Shown: positions 42,268 to 50,047 of the stretch, in pieces
Layout of the letters: every line of letters starts with the position of its first letter
How positions within the stretch are numbered: position 1 is the first letter of the stretch
From: Microcoleus sp.
GTDB lineage: Bacteria; Cyanobacteriota; Cyanobacteriia; Cyanobacteriales; Microcoleaceae
Assembly: GCA_052279835.1 (NCBI GenBank)
Contig: CP181291.1
Span: 160,001-224,000 of the forward strand
Length of the DNA stretch: 64,000 nucleotides
Direction: 5' to 3'
The notes under the pieces: generated by a model
Database searches by the model: none
Seen by the model: the letters and a program-made list of their open reading frames with translations, nothing else
What the model was told of the DNA's origin: nothing
Made by a program: the position numbers and the translations under genes

Positions 42268-43593
42268 ATGACAAAAGACAAACACCGACAACAGTTTCCA
42301 GCTTTGGCCAATAAAGCTTATTTTAACTACGGCGGACAAGGACCGTTGCCTGAGCCTGCTTTAGAGGCGATTTATGGGGCATACAAACGGGTGCAGGTTG
42401 GGGGGCCGTTTTCGGGGGAAATCGGTGCTTGGGTGGTTCAGGAGGCGATGCTGACGCGACGTGCGATCGCCTCGGAGTTAGGTGTCCCTCCTGAAACGAT
42501 CGCCCTGACTGAAGATGTCACCGTCGGCTGCAATATTGCTCTATGGGGCATTGATTGGCGATCGGGCGACCATTTATTGCTTTCTGACGGAGAACATCCC
42601 GGCATTGTAGCCAGTGTAATGGAACTTCAGCGCCGTTTCAACATTGAGGTTTCGGTTTGTCCGCTGGTGGCTACTTTGAATGGGGGCGATGCGGTGCAGG
42701 TAATTGCTAGTTATTTACAGCCAAATACTCGTTTGTTGGTAATCAGTCATATTTTGTGGAATACTGGCCAAGTTTTGCCTCTGGCTGAGATTGTTAAGGT
42801 GTGTCATCAAGGTTATGAACCCCCCCTAGCCCCCCCTTGTCAAGGGGGGGGACAAGAGGGAATTTTCCCGCTTCAATCGGAGGGAAGAACAGATATAGAA
42901 CCCCCCCTAGCCCCCCCTTGTCAAGGGGGGGGACAAGAGGTGAGACAAGAGAGTTTGTCTGTGGAGAATCACAAAGTTAGAGTGTTAGTTGATGCGGCTC
43001 AATCTGTGGGGGTTTTACCTTTGAATTTGATTGATTCTGGGGTTGATTTTTATGCTTTTACTGGTCACAAATGGTGGTGCGGCCCAGAGGGTTTGGGCGG
43101 ACTGTATGTGAGTTTGGATGCTTTGGCAGATTTGCATCCGGTGTTTATCGGTTGGCGGGGAATTGTCACGGATGCTAATGCTAAGCCTATTGGCTTAAAA
43201 CCGGGAGCTCAACGTTACGAAATTGCGACTTCGGCTTATCCTTTGTATGGGGGTTTGCGAAGTGCGATCGCCCTGCAACACGAATGGGGTACAGTGGAAG
43301 AAAGGTATGCAGAAATCTGCCGTTTGAGTAAGTATCTCTGGGAGGGTTTATCAGAGTTGAATCATGTAGAATGTTTGCGAACATCTGCACCAGAAGCGGG
43401 TTTAGTTTCGTTTCGATTAACTAATGGGATGCCGCACAAAAAGCTTGTTGATTTGTTGGAGAAACAGGGAATTATGGTGCGGACAATTCTGAATCCCGAT
43501 TGCGTGCGGGCTTGCGTTCACTATTTTACCACTGAGGCGGAGATTGATAAGTTGGTTGGGGAAATAGCCACAATTCACCTAGTACAATCCTAG
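42268..43593 (+). CDS. Class V PLP-dependent aminotransferase (cysteine lyase/desulfurase-like)
   Basis: YFNYGGQGP, SHILWNTG, VDAAQSVG, TGHKWWCGPEG, RACVHY. Confidence 0.9.
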   Translation: MTKDKHRQQFPALANKAYFNYGGQGPLPEPALEAIYGAYKRVQVGGPFSGEIGAWVVQEAMLTRRAIASELGVPPETIALTEDVTVGCNIALWGIDWRSGDHLLLSDGEHPGIVASVMELQRRFNIEVSVCPLVATLNGGDAVQVIASYLQPNTRLLVISHILWNTGQVLPLAEIVKVCHQGYEPPLAPPCQGGGQEGIFPLQSEGRTDIEPPLAPPCQGGGQEVRQESLSVENHKVRVLVDAAQSVGVLPLNLIDSGVDFYAFTGHKWWCGPEGLGGLYVSLDALADLHPVFIGWRGIVTDANAKPIGLKPGAQRYEIATSAYPLYGGLRSAIALQHEWGTVEERYAEICRLSKYLWEGLSELNHVECLRTSAPEAGLVSFRLTNGMPHKKLVDLLEKQGIMVRTILNPDCVRACVHYFTTEAEIDKLVGEIATIHLVQS

Positions 43594-43633
43594 AGTGAAA
43601 GGCTCTAAAAATGATTATCTTGACGGCCGATGT

Positions 43634-44032
43634 TCAATTCCCATCATCGAGAGACACAGCAGATGACTTGACTATCCTATTTTCCAGAGAAGCTACAGGG
43701 AACATAATTCCCTGTTTTTTTGTCGGATAATTCAGCGTATTAAATACCCTGTCCCAAAATCCTTGAATTCCATAGTTTCCCTTAAACCTAGTGTGATGAA
43801 GCTCGTGAAAATCTGAGGAAATGAAAAAGATTGATAGAGAACTATGGTCTTCTAAATTGTAAGCATTGCCGATTATATTCCAAGCGCACAATTGAGTAAT
43901 GTCATATTCAAATATAAAAACAGGCAAAATGTCTGTAGCGGTGACAATAATATATTCTATCAGATTTTTATGACCAGCAACAAAACTGGATGAGTCGAGG
44001 AAATTATGATGTTTAAGATGTATTTTCTGCAA
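43634..44032 (-). CDS. Hypothetical protein (possibly a gene fragment)
   Basis: 132-aa AT-rich ORF with a TTG start right next to a REP-like repeat. Confidence 0.35.
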   Translation of the reverse strand: MQKIHLKHHNFLDSSSFVAGHKNLIEYIIVTATDILPVFIFEYDITQLCAWNIIGNAYNLEDHSSLSIFFISSDFHELHHTRFKGNYGIQGFWDRVFNTLNYPTKKQGIMFPVASLENRIVKSSAVSLDDGN

Positions 44033-44181
44033 AAACTTTCTATGAAAAAGGCGGGTTTATCTAGATTGTTTGTCAGACTCAAATATTATCTGTAAAACCC
44101 GCCCGTACAGGTAATATCTATTCGATGGTGCGACATCGATCTCTGCGTTCTCTGCGCCCTCTGTGGTTAAAAAAAATCCGG

Positions 44182-45561
44182 TTATATAGACATAGAGATA
44201 ACATACTGTTTCAACACAGGATTCAAACTAAACAAAATTATCTTTTCCTCTTCTACAGCATCCAATAAAAACCGACTTCCAAGAGATCGCACTGCATTAA
44301 CTATTTCAGACGGCGAAAACGGTATTTGGTTAAAAAAATGAGACACAGCAACAGGTTCAGCTTGATTAGCCAGGTGAACCATCACCGCCAACTCTGCCGC
44401 AGTCAATCGCCCAAAAGGTTGAGATAATTGAAATTGCAACCCTTCATCTAAAATCGGCATTTCGCACTGCAAAAACTCCGCAACTCTCCCCCCAAATAAC
44501 TCTCGAATCAGCGTTGCAGTCAACTCCAACCACAGGGGATTTCCTTGATAAATGTCAATCAAAGTTGACCATGTTTCCTCATCGGCTAACTTTTGCGATC
44601 TCAAAATCTCTTTAGCAGCTTCTCCCAAACTTCCCAATTCAAAACATCGCACGGGACGATCGTCTTTTGATAATCTGGCAATTTCTCTGGGTTTTTCCCA
44701 ACTATTCAATATCAAACAACTTTGATGACAGACTTCGGCAATAAGTTTAAAAAATAACTGATAATCTTCATATCGAGTTTTATATTGTCCTGCGAGTTGT
44801 CCGCTGCTAAAAAGCATCTGTACGTCATCGAGGACAATCAGACATCGATATTTTCGCAGGTAATCGAGGATTTGGGAAATTTTGGTTTCGATGTTTTGGG
44901 GAATTTCGGATGGTTGGGAAAAGATTTGCAGCAGGTTGGTGAGGGTTGCATCTAGGGTTGGGGAAAAGCGGAGGCTGCGATAGATGACGTAATCGAATTG
45001 GGTTTTGATTTGGTTGATTAGGCGGAGGGAGAGGGTTGTTTTGCCGATTCCGCTGATTCCGAGGAGTGCGATGAGGCGTGTGCGATCGTGTGTTATCCAG
45101 TTTTCGAGGGTGGAGAGTTCGGAAGTGCGATCGAAAAAGGTGAATATTTGGGGTGCGTCGCCTAAGTCGATGTGGAGTTGTTTGGGAGTTTGTTGGGAGT
45201 TTTGCGGTTCTGTTGGACTTCTCGCCCTTTCTTGACAAATATTGAGGTTGTTAATCGCTACATAATCTCTACCTACTCTACCGATAGCTGATGAAAAGTT
45301 ATCAAATTTCGCTTTTTCTAATATTGCTCTAAAATTTCTTTTAGTAATATCTTCTCCCAATCCCTCTGAGAATATTTGCCATAATTCCGAACCGATATCC
45401 CTGGTATGACCTTCACTGGAATGAGTCGCTTCAGCAATTTCTGGGTATGTCCGACCTTGGAATGTCCCTTCAAGGATAGCTTTTTGCAGATAGTCTATAT
45501 GTTCTCCCGTCTTCGCGAAGATGAGCTCGTCCGCGAGTTTTAAGACTTCTGCGATTTCCAT
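44182..45561 (-). CDS. HTH + NB-ARC (STAND) NTPase lacking C-terminal sensor repeats
   Basis: N-terminal HTH, FFDRTSEL, Walker A GISGIGKT, Walker B LIVLDDV, YQGNPLWL. Ends after the winged helix. Confidence 0.88.
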   Translation of the reverse strand: MEIAEVLKLADELIFAKTGEHIDYLQKAILEGTFQGRTYPEIAEATHSSEGHTRDIGSELWQIFSEGLGEDITKRNFRAILEKAKFDNFSSAIGRVGRDYVAINNLNICQERARSPTEPQNSQQTPKQLHIDLGDAPQIFTFFDRTSELSTLENWITHDRTRLIALLGISGIGKTTLSLRLINQIKTQFDYVIYRSLRFSPTLDATLTNLLQIFSQPSEIPQNIETKISQILDYLRKYRCLIVLDDVQMLFSSGQLAGQYKTRYEDYQLFFKLIAEVCHQSCLILNSWEKPREIARLSKDDRPVRCFELGSLGEAAKEILRSQKLADEETWSTLIDIYQGNPLWLELTATLIRELFGGRVAEFLQCEMPILDEGLQFQLSQPFGRLTAAELAVMVHLANQAEPVAVSHFFNQIPFSPSEIVNAVRSLGSRFLLDAVEEEKIILFSLNPVLKQYVISMSI

Positions 45562-45589
45562 AGGTCAGTCGTGTGCTGCGATTTGTCGT

Positions 45590-45691
45590 ATTATATCCGA
45601 CTTTCCGACATTTCCGACAAGATTCCGACATTTCCGACAAGATTCCGACATTTGCGATCGGTTGTCTGGGAAAAGTCCCGACATTTCCGAC
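45590..45691 (-). promoter_or_regulatory. CCGAC tandem repeat array abutting the TATAAT of the NB-ARC gene
   Basis: CCGAC at 45597, 45605, 45614, 45625, 45634, 45645, 45678, 45687. A 20-bp unit TTCCGACATTTCCGACAAGA is repeated. Minus-strand TATAAT at 45590-45595. Confidence 0.65.
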
Positions 45692-45789
45692 TGACGGCTT
45701 AGCAGAAAATATACCTTAATGACTGTATCGTCTGCTGTACAAACGGGCGATCAGTAAATTATTGCAATAAATTTAAAAAGTAAAGTAAT

Positions 45790-46710
45790 ATGGATGACCA
45801 AAAAGCAGCACAATTCATTGAATTTCTTGAAACAAAGGTGCAAGCACTGACGGGACAACGGCTAGTATTTTTTGTTATTGGTCGTGCAGGTTGGGGCAAA
45901 TCTAGCACGGTAAACTCATTAGTAGGTCAAGATGTATGTGAAGTTAGCGATCATGAGACAACAACAGCAGATATTACTGGGTTTAATTTTGAAATGAATG
46001 GTGTTAAAGCAATAATATTTGATACTCCTGGTCTTTGCGATGGTAGTGGAAACGATCGTACATACATAGAGAAGATACGTTCCGAAATCAAAGAGCCTGA
46101 TTCTATGTTATATGTAAACAGGCTCGACGAAACTCGAATCACAGACAATGATAAGAGAGGAATCAAAATTATTTCAGAAGCATTGGGTATAGAAGCATGG
46201 AAACACGCAGTTATAGTTTTCACTTTTGCTGATAAGCTTAGTGCCTTAGAGTATCCAACAAAATTAACTAAGAGAACCCAAAGTGTTCGACAAGCAATAG
46301 CCGAATGCATAAAAGATACGGATATAGCATATCAAATTCCAGCAGTTGCAATAGTTAATAAAAATAGCACACAACCTGACGCTAAAACTGACAAAACACC
46401 TGATGGTAAGGAATGGCTTGGAGAATTTTTTACAGTAGTAGCGGAGCGTGTATCTATGAAAGGTATGATTGCTTTACTAAGTTTTTTGACTCCGAGTATA
46501 ACAAAGCGAACTCGTCTTAACAAGCAACAAAAAACTCTTATTAGGAGGAAATTTGTTGAGGCAGTTTTGCAGTCAACAGGAACATTGGCGGGATTGGGAG
46601 CTGCTATAGCCGGACTTTTAAACGCTCCAGTAATAATAGGTTTTTCAGGAGCTGGAATAGTAGGAACTCTGATAGGAGCCTGGTTATCTAGGTATGATGA
46701 TGATGAGTAA
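45790..46710 (+). CDS. AIG1/GIMAP/Toc34-like GTPase with C-terminal hydrophobic helices
   Basis: G1 GRAGWGKSS, G3 DTPG, G4-like VFTFADK, Gly-rich TM tail. Confidence 0.8.
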   Translation: MDDQKAAQFIEFLETKVQALTGQRLVFFVIGRAGWGKSSTVNSLVGQDVCEVSDHETTTADITGFNFEMNGVKAIIFDTPGLCDGSGNDRTYIEKIRSEIKEPDSMLYVNRLDETRITDNDKRGIKIISEALGIEAWKHAVIVFTFADKLSALEYPTKLTKRTQSVRQAIAECIKDTDIAYQIPAVAIVNKNSTQPDAKTDKTPDGKEWLGEFFTVVAERVSMKGMIALLSFLTPSITKRTRLNKQQKTLIRRKFVEAVLQSTGTLAGLGAAIAGLLNAPVIIGFSGAGIVGTLIGAWLSRYDDDE

Positions 46711-46713
46711 ACT

Positions 46714-46772
46714 GATCGCCCTTATCTTCCCCAAAGTACGATCGCCCTTATCTTCCCAAAGTACGATCGCCC
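46714..46772. repeat. HIP1-core 25-26 bp tandem repeat (GATCGCCCTTATCTTCCCAAAGTAC)
   Basis: Two full units plus a partial third. Related copies at 47454-47486, 49094-49160 and 49855-49880. Confidence 0.85.
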
Positions 46773-46782
46773 CTTCTTTTAC

Positions 46783-47169
46783 CTAATCAAATGGATTCAA
46801 TATAGTTAACCCATTAACACGCTTAAAATCCTTAGCATTACGAGTCACCAAAACACATCCCTCAACTAAAGCACAGGCTGCAATTACACCATCACCTAGT
46901 TTTAAGCGATAATCTCGGCGAATTTGGGCTGCACTATCTAAAACTGATTCTGTCAATGATACGCACTTAAGAAGCCTCAAAAATTCTCGCATCTCATTCG
47001 CTTGTTCTTCTGTCAATGCCGGGTAACAAAGTAACTCCACCCAACTAATCGGACAGTAAAGTGCCTCTGCATCTCCAGCTTCAATTTCATCAAATATAGG
47101 CTGAACTTCTGGCCCATCATTGAAGTAGTAAATCAGGATGTTGGTATCGAGAAGATATTTATTAATCAT
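46783..47169 (-). CDS. vapC: VapC-like PIN toxin
   Basis: YLLDTNILI, ISWVEL, LKLGDGVIAACA, LVTRNAKDF. Confidence 0.92.
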   Translation of the reverse strand: MINKYLLDTNILIYYFNDGPEVQPIFDEIEAGDAEALYCPISWVELLCYPALTEEQANEMREFLRLLKCVSLTESVLDSAAQIRRDYRLKLGDGVIAACALVEGCVLVTRNAKDFKRVNGLTILNPFD

Positions 47170-47392
47170 CCCATTCTGCTCTAAGTTGCAACTGGAATTC
47201 CAAAGCATCCACACGCTTAGGTAAAAAACCTCGCCATCTCTTTAGATTTTTCCTGGGCAATCTTTCACTGCTACCCTGAGTTTGGGTTGTTACCCGATCG
47301 CGCATCAATGCTGATAATACTTCTAAAAGTTGCTGTTGCTCGTCAGGAGTGAGACTTTGAGCCTGACTCAGTACCTCGCTATAAGTAGACAT
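47162..47392 (-). CDS. Putative antitoxin partner of VapC
   Basis: 76 aa, overlaps the toxin start, ends in QLRAEWDD as is common for PIN-toxin partners. Confidence 0.8.
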   Translation of the reverse strand: MSTYSEVLSQAQSLTPDEQQQLLEVLSALMRDRVTTQTQGSSERLPRKNLKRWRGFLPKRVDALEFQLQLRAEWDD

Positions 47393-47530
47393 AGGCTTGA
47401 TGTTGAGATTTTTTGGCTGATTGTCATTATAGCAATTTAGGATCGGGGGAAGTGCGATCGCCCATTTCTTCCCAAAGCGCGATCTGATTATGCTATATTA
47501 TAAGTAGATACGTTTTGTATATACACTATC

Positions 47531-47816
47531 ATGCAGTTTGAATGGGATGAAAATAAAAACGCCCAAAATCTCAAAAAACATGGCATTAGCTTTGAAGAAG
47601 CTCAAGAAATCTTTGACGGAATCGTTTTTAATGCCATTGATGAGCGTTTCGACTACGGAGAAATCCGAGAAATCAGTATTGGTGTCATACAAGGTGTCGT
47701 TATCGTCACGCCCTGCACATACTGAAAGAAATGGAGCTATCCGCATCATCTCCGCCAGAAAAGCCACTCGTCAAGAAAAAAATACTTACTATGACTATCT
47801 CGCCCAAACGACTTGA
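47531..47816 (+). pseudogene. brnT: BrnT toxin, frameshifted
   Basis: FEWDENKNAQNLKKHGISFEEA in one frame and HTERNGAIRIISARKAT in another. One extra base near 47711. Confidence 0.88.
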
Positions 47817-48048
47817 AGAATTAGAAAATATTCCAGAATCTGCGATCGATACCTCTGATATTCCTGAATTAGATGCGAGTTTCTGGGAAAAAGCAAAACT
47901 GGTAGAACCCCTCACAAAACAAGCTATTTCTTTAAGAGTTGATAGCGATGTATTAGATTGGTTTAAAAACCAAGGAAAAGGTTATCAATCTCTAATGAAT
48001 GCCGTACTGCGCTCTTATGTTGAACATCACGCAAAAAGCAGTCAATAA
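47791..48048 (+). CDS. brnA: BrnA antitoxin
   Basis: IDTSDIPEL...KQAISLRVDSDVLDWFK...GYQSLMNAVLRSY. Confidence 0.92.
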   Translation: MTISPKRLEELENIPESAIDTSDIPELDASFWEKAKLVEPLTKQAISLRVDSDVLDWFKNQGKGYQSLMNAVLRSYVEHHAKSSQ

Positions 48049-48112
48049 ATATACGATTCTATTTTAAGTCATCAGGTAGGCGATCGCAACCTGTATTTTG
48101 TCACCAGCAGCA

Positions 48113-48367
48113 TTATTTTCCTATCAGCCGATCGTACTCTGCGTGCGTACCAATCCAAAACCACAAAATACCTGTTTTCATTTCCACACCCAACGCCCGA
48201 TAAGCTTGTCCAACCCTTACAGACCAATAGTTACCAACCTTCTTAAAATGCAGAGAAGGATGAGACGGATCTACCTTCAGCAACTCATAACATTGATCTG
48301 CTGTAGCCTTTACATTTGAGGGCAAAGCATTGTAACAATCCCAAAACTTTCGAGTAGTATAGTGCAT
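48113..48367 (-). CDS. RelE/ParE-superfamily toxin
   Basis: FWDCYNALP, DPSHPSLHFKKV, WSVRVGQAYRALG, WFWIGTHAEYD. Confidence 0.85.
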   Translation of the reverse strand: MHYTTRKFWDCYNALPSNVKATADQCYELLKVDPSHPSLHFKKVGNYWSVRVGQAYRALGVEMKTGILWFWIGTHAEYDRLIGK

Positions 48368-48567
48368 TAAATCCCTCGATAGTTACCACTCTCAAAATCT
48401 GCGATCGCCTCTGCTGCTAAACCATCCAGTTTACCCTCAGCAATATCTCGATCTAACTGAACATCCCATCGTTGATAATCCAAATTTAGAAACCACTCTA
48501 ACAACTCTTCAATCTTGTTGGGCGGAAGTTGGAGAATCGCATTTTCTATCTGTTCAATAGTCAACAT
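48367..48567 (-). CDS. Putative antitoxin
   Basis: 66 aa, WDVQLDRDIAEGKLD motif, stop overlaps the toxin start (TAATG). Confidence 0.8.
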   Translation of the reverse strand: MLTIEQIENAILQLPPNKIEELLEWFLNLDYQRWDVQLDRDIAEGKLDGLAAEAIADFESGNYRGI

Positions 48568-48629
48568 AGGCTATCTTAACTTACACTTTTACTTAGTTGA
48601 TTATTGTAACACTACTTTGAGCCTCATCA

Positions 48630-48791
48630 TCAGTATTTTCGTTTGAGTTGCTCAACGGTCGTTACCTTACTTGCTGCTACATCAGTTCGGGCTTTATTAA
48701 ATGCTTGTAGAAAACCGGGAATTTTCAATAATTCGTTCGTAGCTTCATTGCTTTCACGTTCTGCTGCTTTCAGGAGAATATAGTCAGTCAA
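48630..48791 (-). pseudogene. Chimeric toxin-start / antitoxin-end remnant
   Basis: A TTG coupled to the upstream stop gives MTDYILL, joined to the antitoxin-like ERESNEATNELLKIPGFL...VEQLKRKY. Confidence 0.5.
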
Positions 48792-49030
48792 TTTTTTTCT
48801 CCAAATAGCTTCAATTTGAGTTCTTGGGAGGATATCCCCCGATCGCGACCAGCTTGGTAATCTTGCCAACCAGCCTCGCTCTCTGCTATTTCTTCTGCTG
48901 AAATTACTTCATCATCTTCGGCAACTTCTTCCCGTAACTGAATCATCTTTTTCAAGTCTTCTAATAACCGCAGTTGGTCTGCAATCGTGAGGCTTTTAAC
49001 TTGATTCAATACATTGCTATAAGTAAACAT
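48788..49030 (-). CDS. Putative antitoxin (orphaned)
   Basis: 80 aa, acidic, ESEAGWQDYQAG motif. N-terminus resembles the 47162-47392 protein. Confidence 0.7.
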   Translation of the reverse strand: MFTYSNVLNQVKSLTIADQLRLLEDLKKMIQLREEVAEDDEVISAEEIAESEAGWQDYQAGRDRGISSQELKLKLFGEKN

Positions 49031-49186
49031 AGACTTGGTTGTAAGAGTTTTTGCTTGTTCTCTATTATATCTAAATTTAAAGTTCTGGGAAAAGCGATCG
49101 CCCTGATTTTCCCTGCATTGCGATCGCCCTTATCTTCCCTGCATTGCGATCGCCCTTTCCTTTCCAACACCCAACTAATTAACTCA

Positions 49187-49546
49187 CTATATAAGCGGTT
49201 TTCTGAACCGATATCCATCAGGTTCTACAACCACAAATGCCCCTTTCAGTTCTACTTCAGAGTAATTTTCTATAACTTTCGCAAGTTCTTTGTGAACTTC
49301 ATTCACCATTTTAGGTAAGACTCGAAGGTAAATCACACCTGTTCCGATCGCCCTCACAAAAACAAGATTTCCGTAATCTCTGTCTCGCGTAACCAGGATG
49401 CGATTCTCTGCTTGGGCTACTCTCAGTATTTCTTCATCAATTGCTTGCGCTAAACCCATTTCAGCGACAACAATTACATCATGTCCTGTATCAATCAAAA
49501 ACTTTATAGTAACAGCATACACATCTTGGTCTATCAGAAACTTCAT
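49187..49546 (-). CDS. DUF5615 PIN-like toxin
   Basis: MKFLIDQDV, GHDV, DEEIL, RILVTRDRDYG. Confidence 0.9.
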   Translation of the reverse strand: MKFLIDQDVYAVTIKFLIDTGHDVIVVAEMGLAQAIDEEILRVAQAENRILVTRDRDYGNLVFVRAIGTGVIYLRVLPKMVNEVHKELAKVIENYSEVELKGAFVVVEPDGYRFRKPLI

Positions 49547-49549
49547 AAT

Positions 49550-49783
49550 TTAAGCTAATGCCAAATACACATCTTCCGCCGCCACCAGTGCGATCGCATA
49601 ACGCAAGCACGCCCGAATATCATCCATTTCCAAATCGGGATAGTAATCTTGGATAATCTCTGCAAAAGAAAGCCCTTCATTTAGTAATTCGAGAACGCTC
49701 TGTACAGTAATGCGCGTACCCACTATGCAAGGCTTACCGAAGTGAATTTGAGGGTTGACGGAGATTCTGTCCATTTTGACCAC
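49550..49783 (-). CDS. DUF433 antitoxin
   Basis: NPQIHFGKPCIVGTRITV...YPDLEMDDIRACLRYA. Confidence 0.93.
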   Translation of the reverse strand: MVKMDRISVNPQIHFGKPCIVGTRITVQSVLELLNEGLSFAEIIQDYYPDLEMDDIRACLRYAIALVAAEDVYLALA

Positions 49784-49892
49784 GCAGCTTTATGTCTCTT
49801 CTATTTTAAGTCATCAGTTAGGCGATCGCAACTTGTCTTTTTTCAGCAGTGAGCCGATCGCCCTTATCTTCCCAAAGTACCTGAAGCACAGC

Positions 49893-50013
49893 GGGTGCAT
49901 CTGTGTTTTGCAAATATACTCGTAGGGGCGAAGCATGACCGCTGTAAATCTCTGTCTCTCGCTAATAAATTGTCTGCGGTCATGCTTCGCCTATGCAAAA
50001 TCGGGATGCTCCC
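49893..50013. mobile_element. 121-bp MITE with 8-bp target duplication
   Basis: Imperfect 20-bp TIRs GGGTGCATCTGTGTTTTGCA / TGCAAAATCGGGATGCTCCC. AGCACAGC at 49885-49892 and 50014-50021. Confidence 0.8.
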
Positions 50014-50047
50014 AGCACAGCTATCCTAAAGTGCGATCGACCTAAAT

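Noticed and set aside
42268..43593. dndA/iscS sulfur donor of the PT system
   Set aside because: It is 9 kb from the PT locus and lacks the SSGSAC catalytic loop of IscS/DndA.
46714..46772. CRISPR array or classical integron attC sites in the TA region
   Set aside because: The units are directly tandem without spacers. No RYYYAAC...GTTRRRY attC structure was recognised, and there is no cas or tyrosine recombinase gene in the window.
47498..47915. Antisense ORFs over brnT/brnA, and other alternate-frame ORFs within ggt, argD, the CHAT gene and gltX
   Set aside because: They overlap well-supported genes and show no recognisable motifs.
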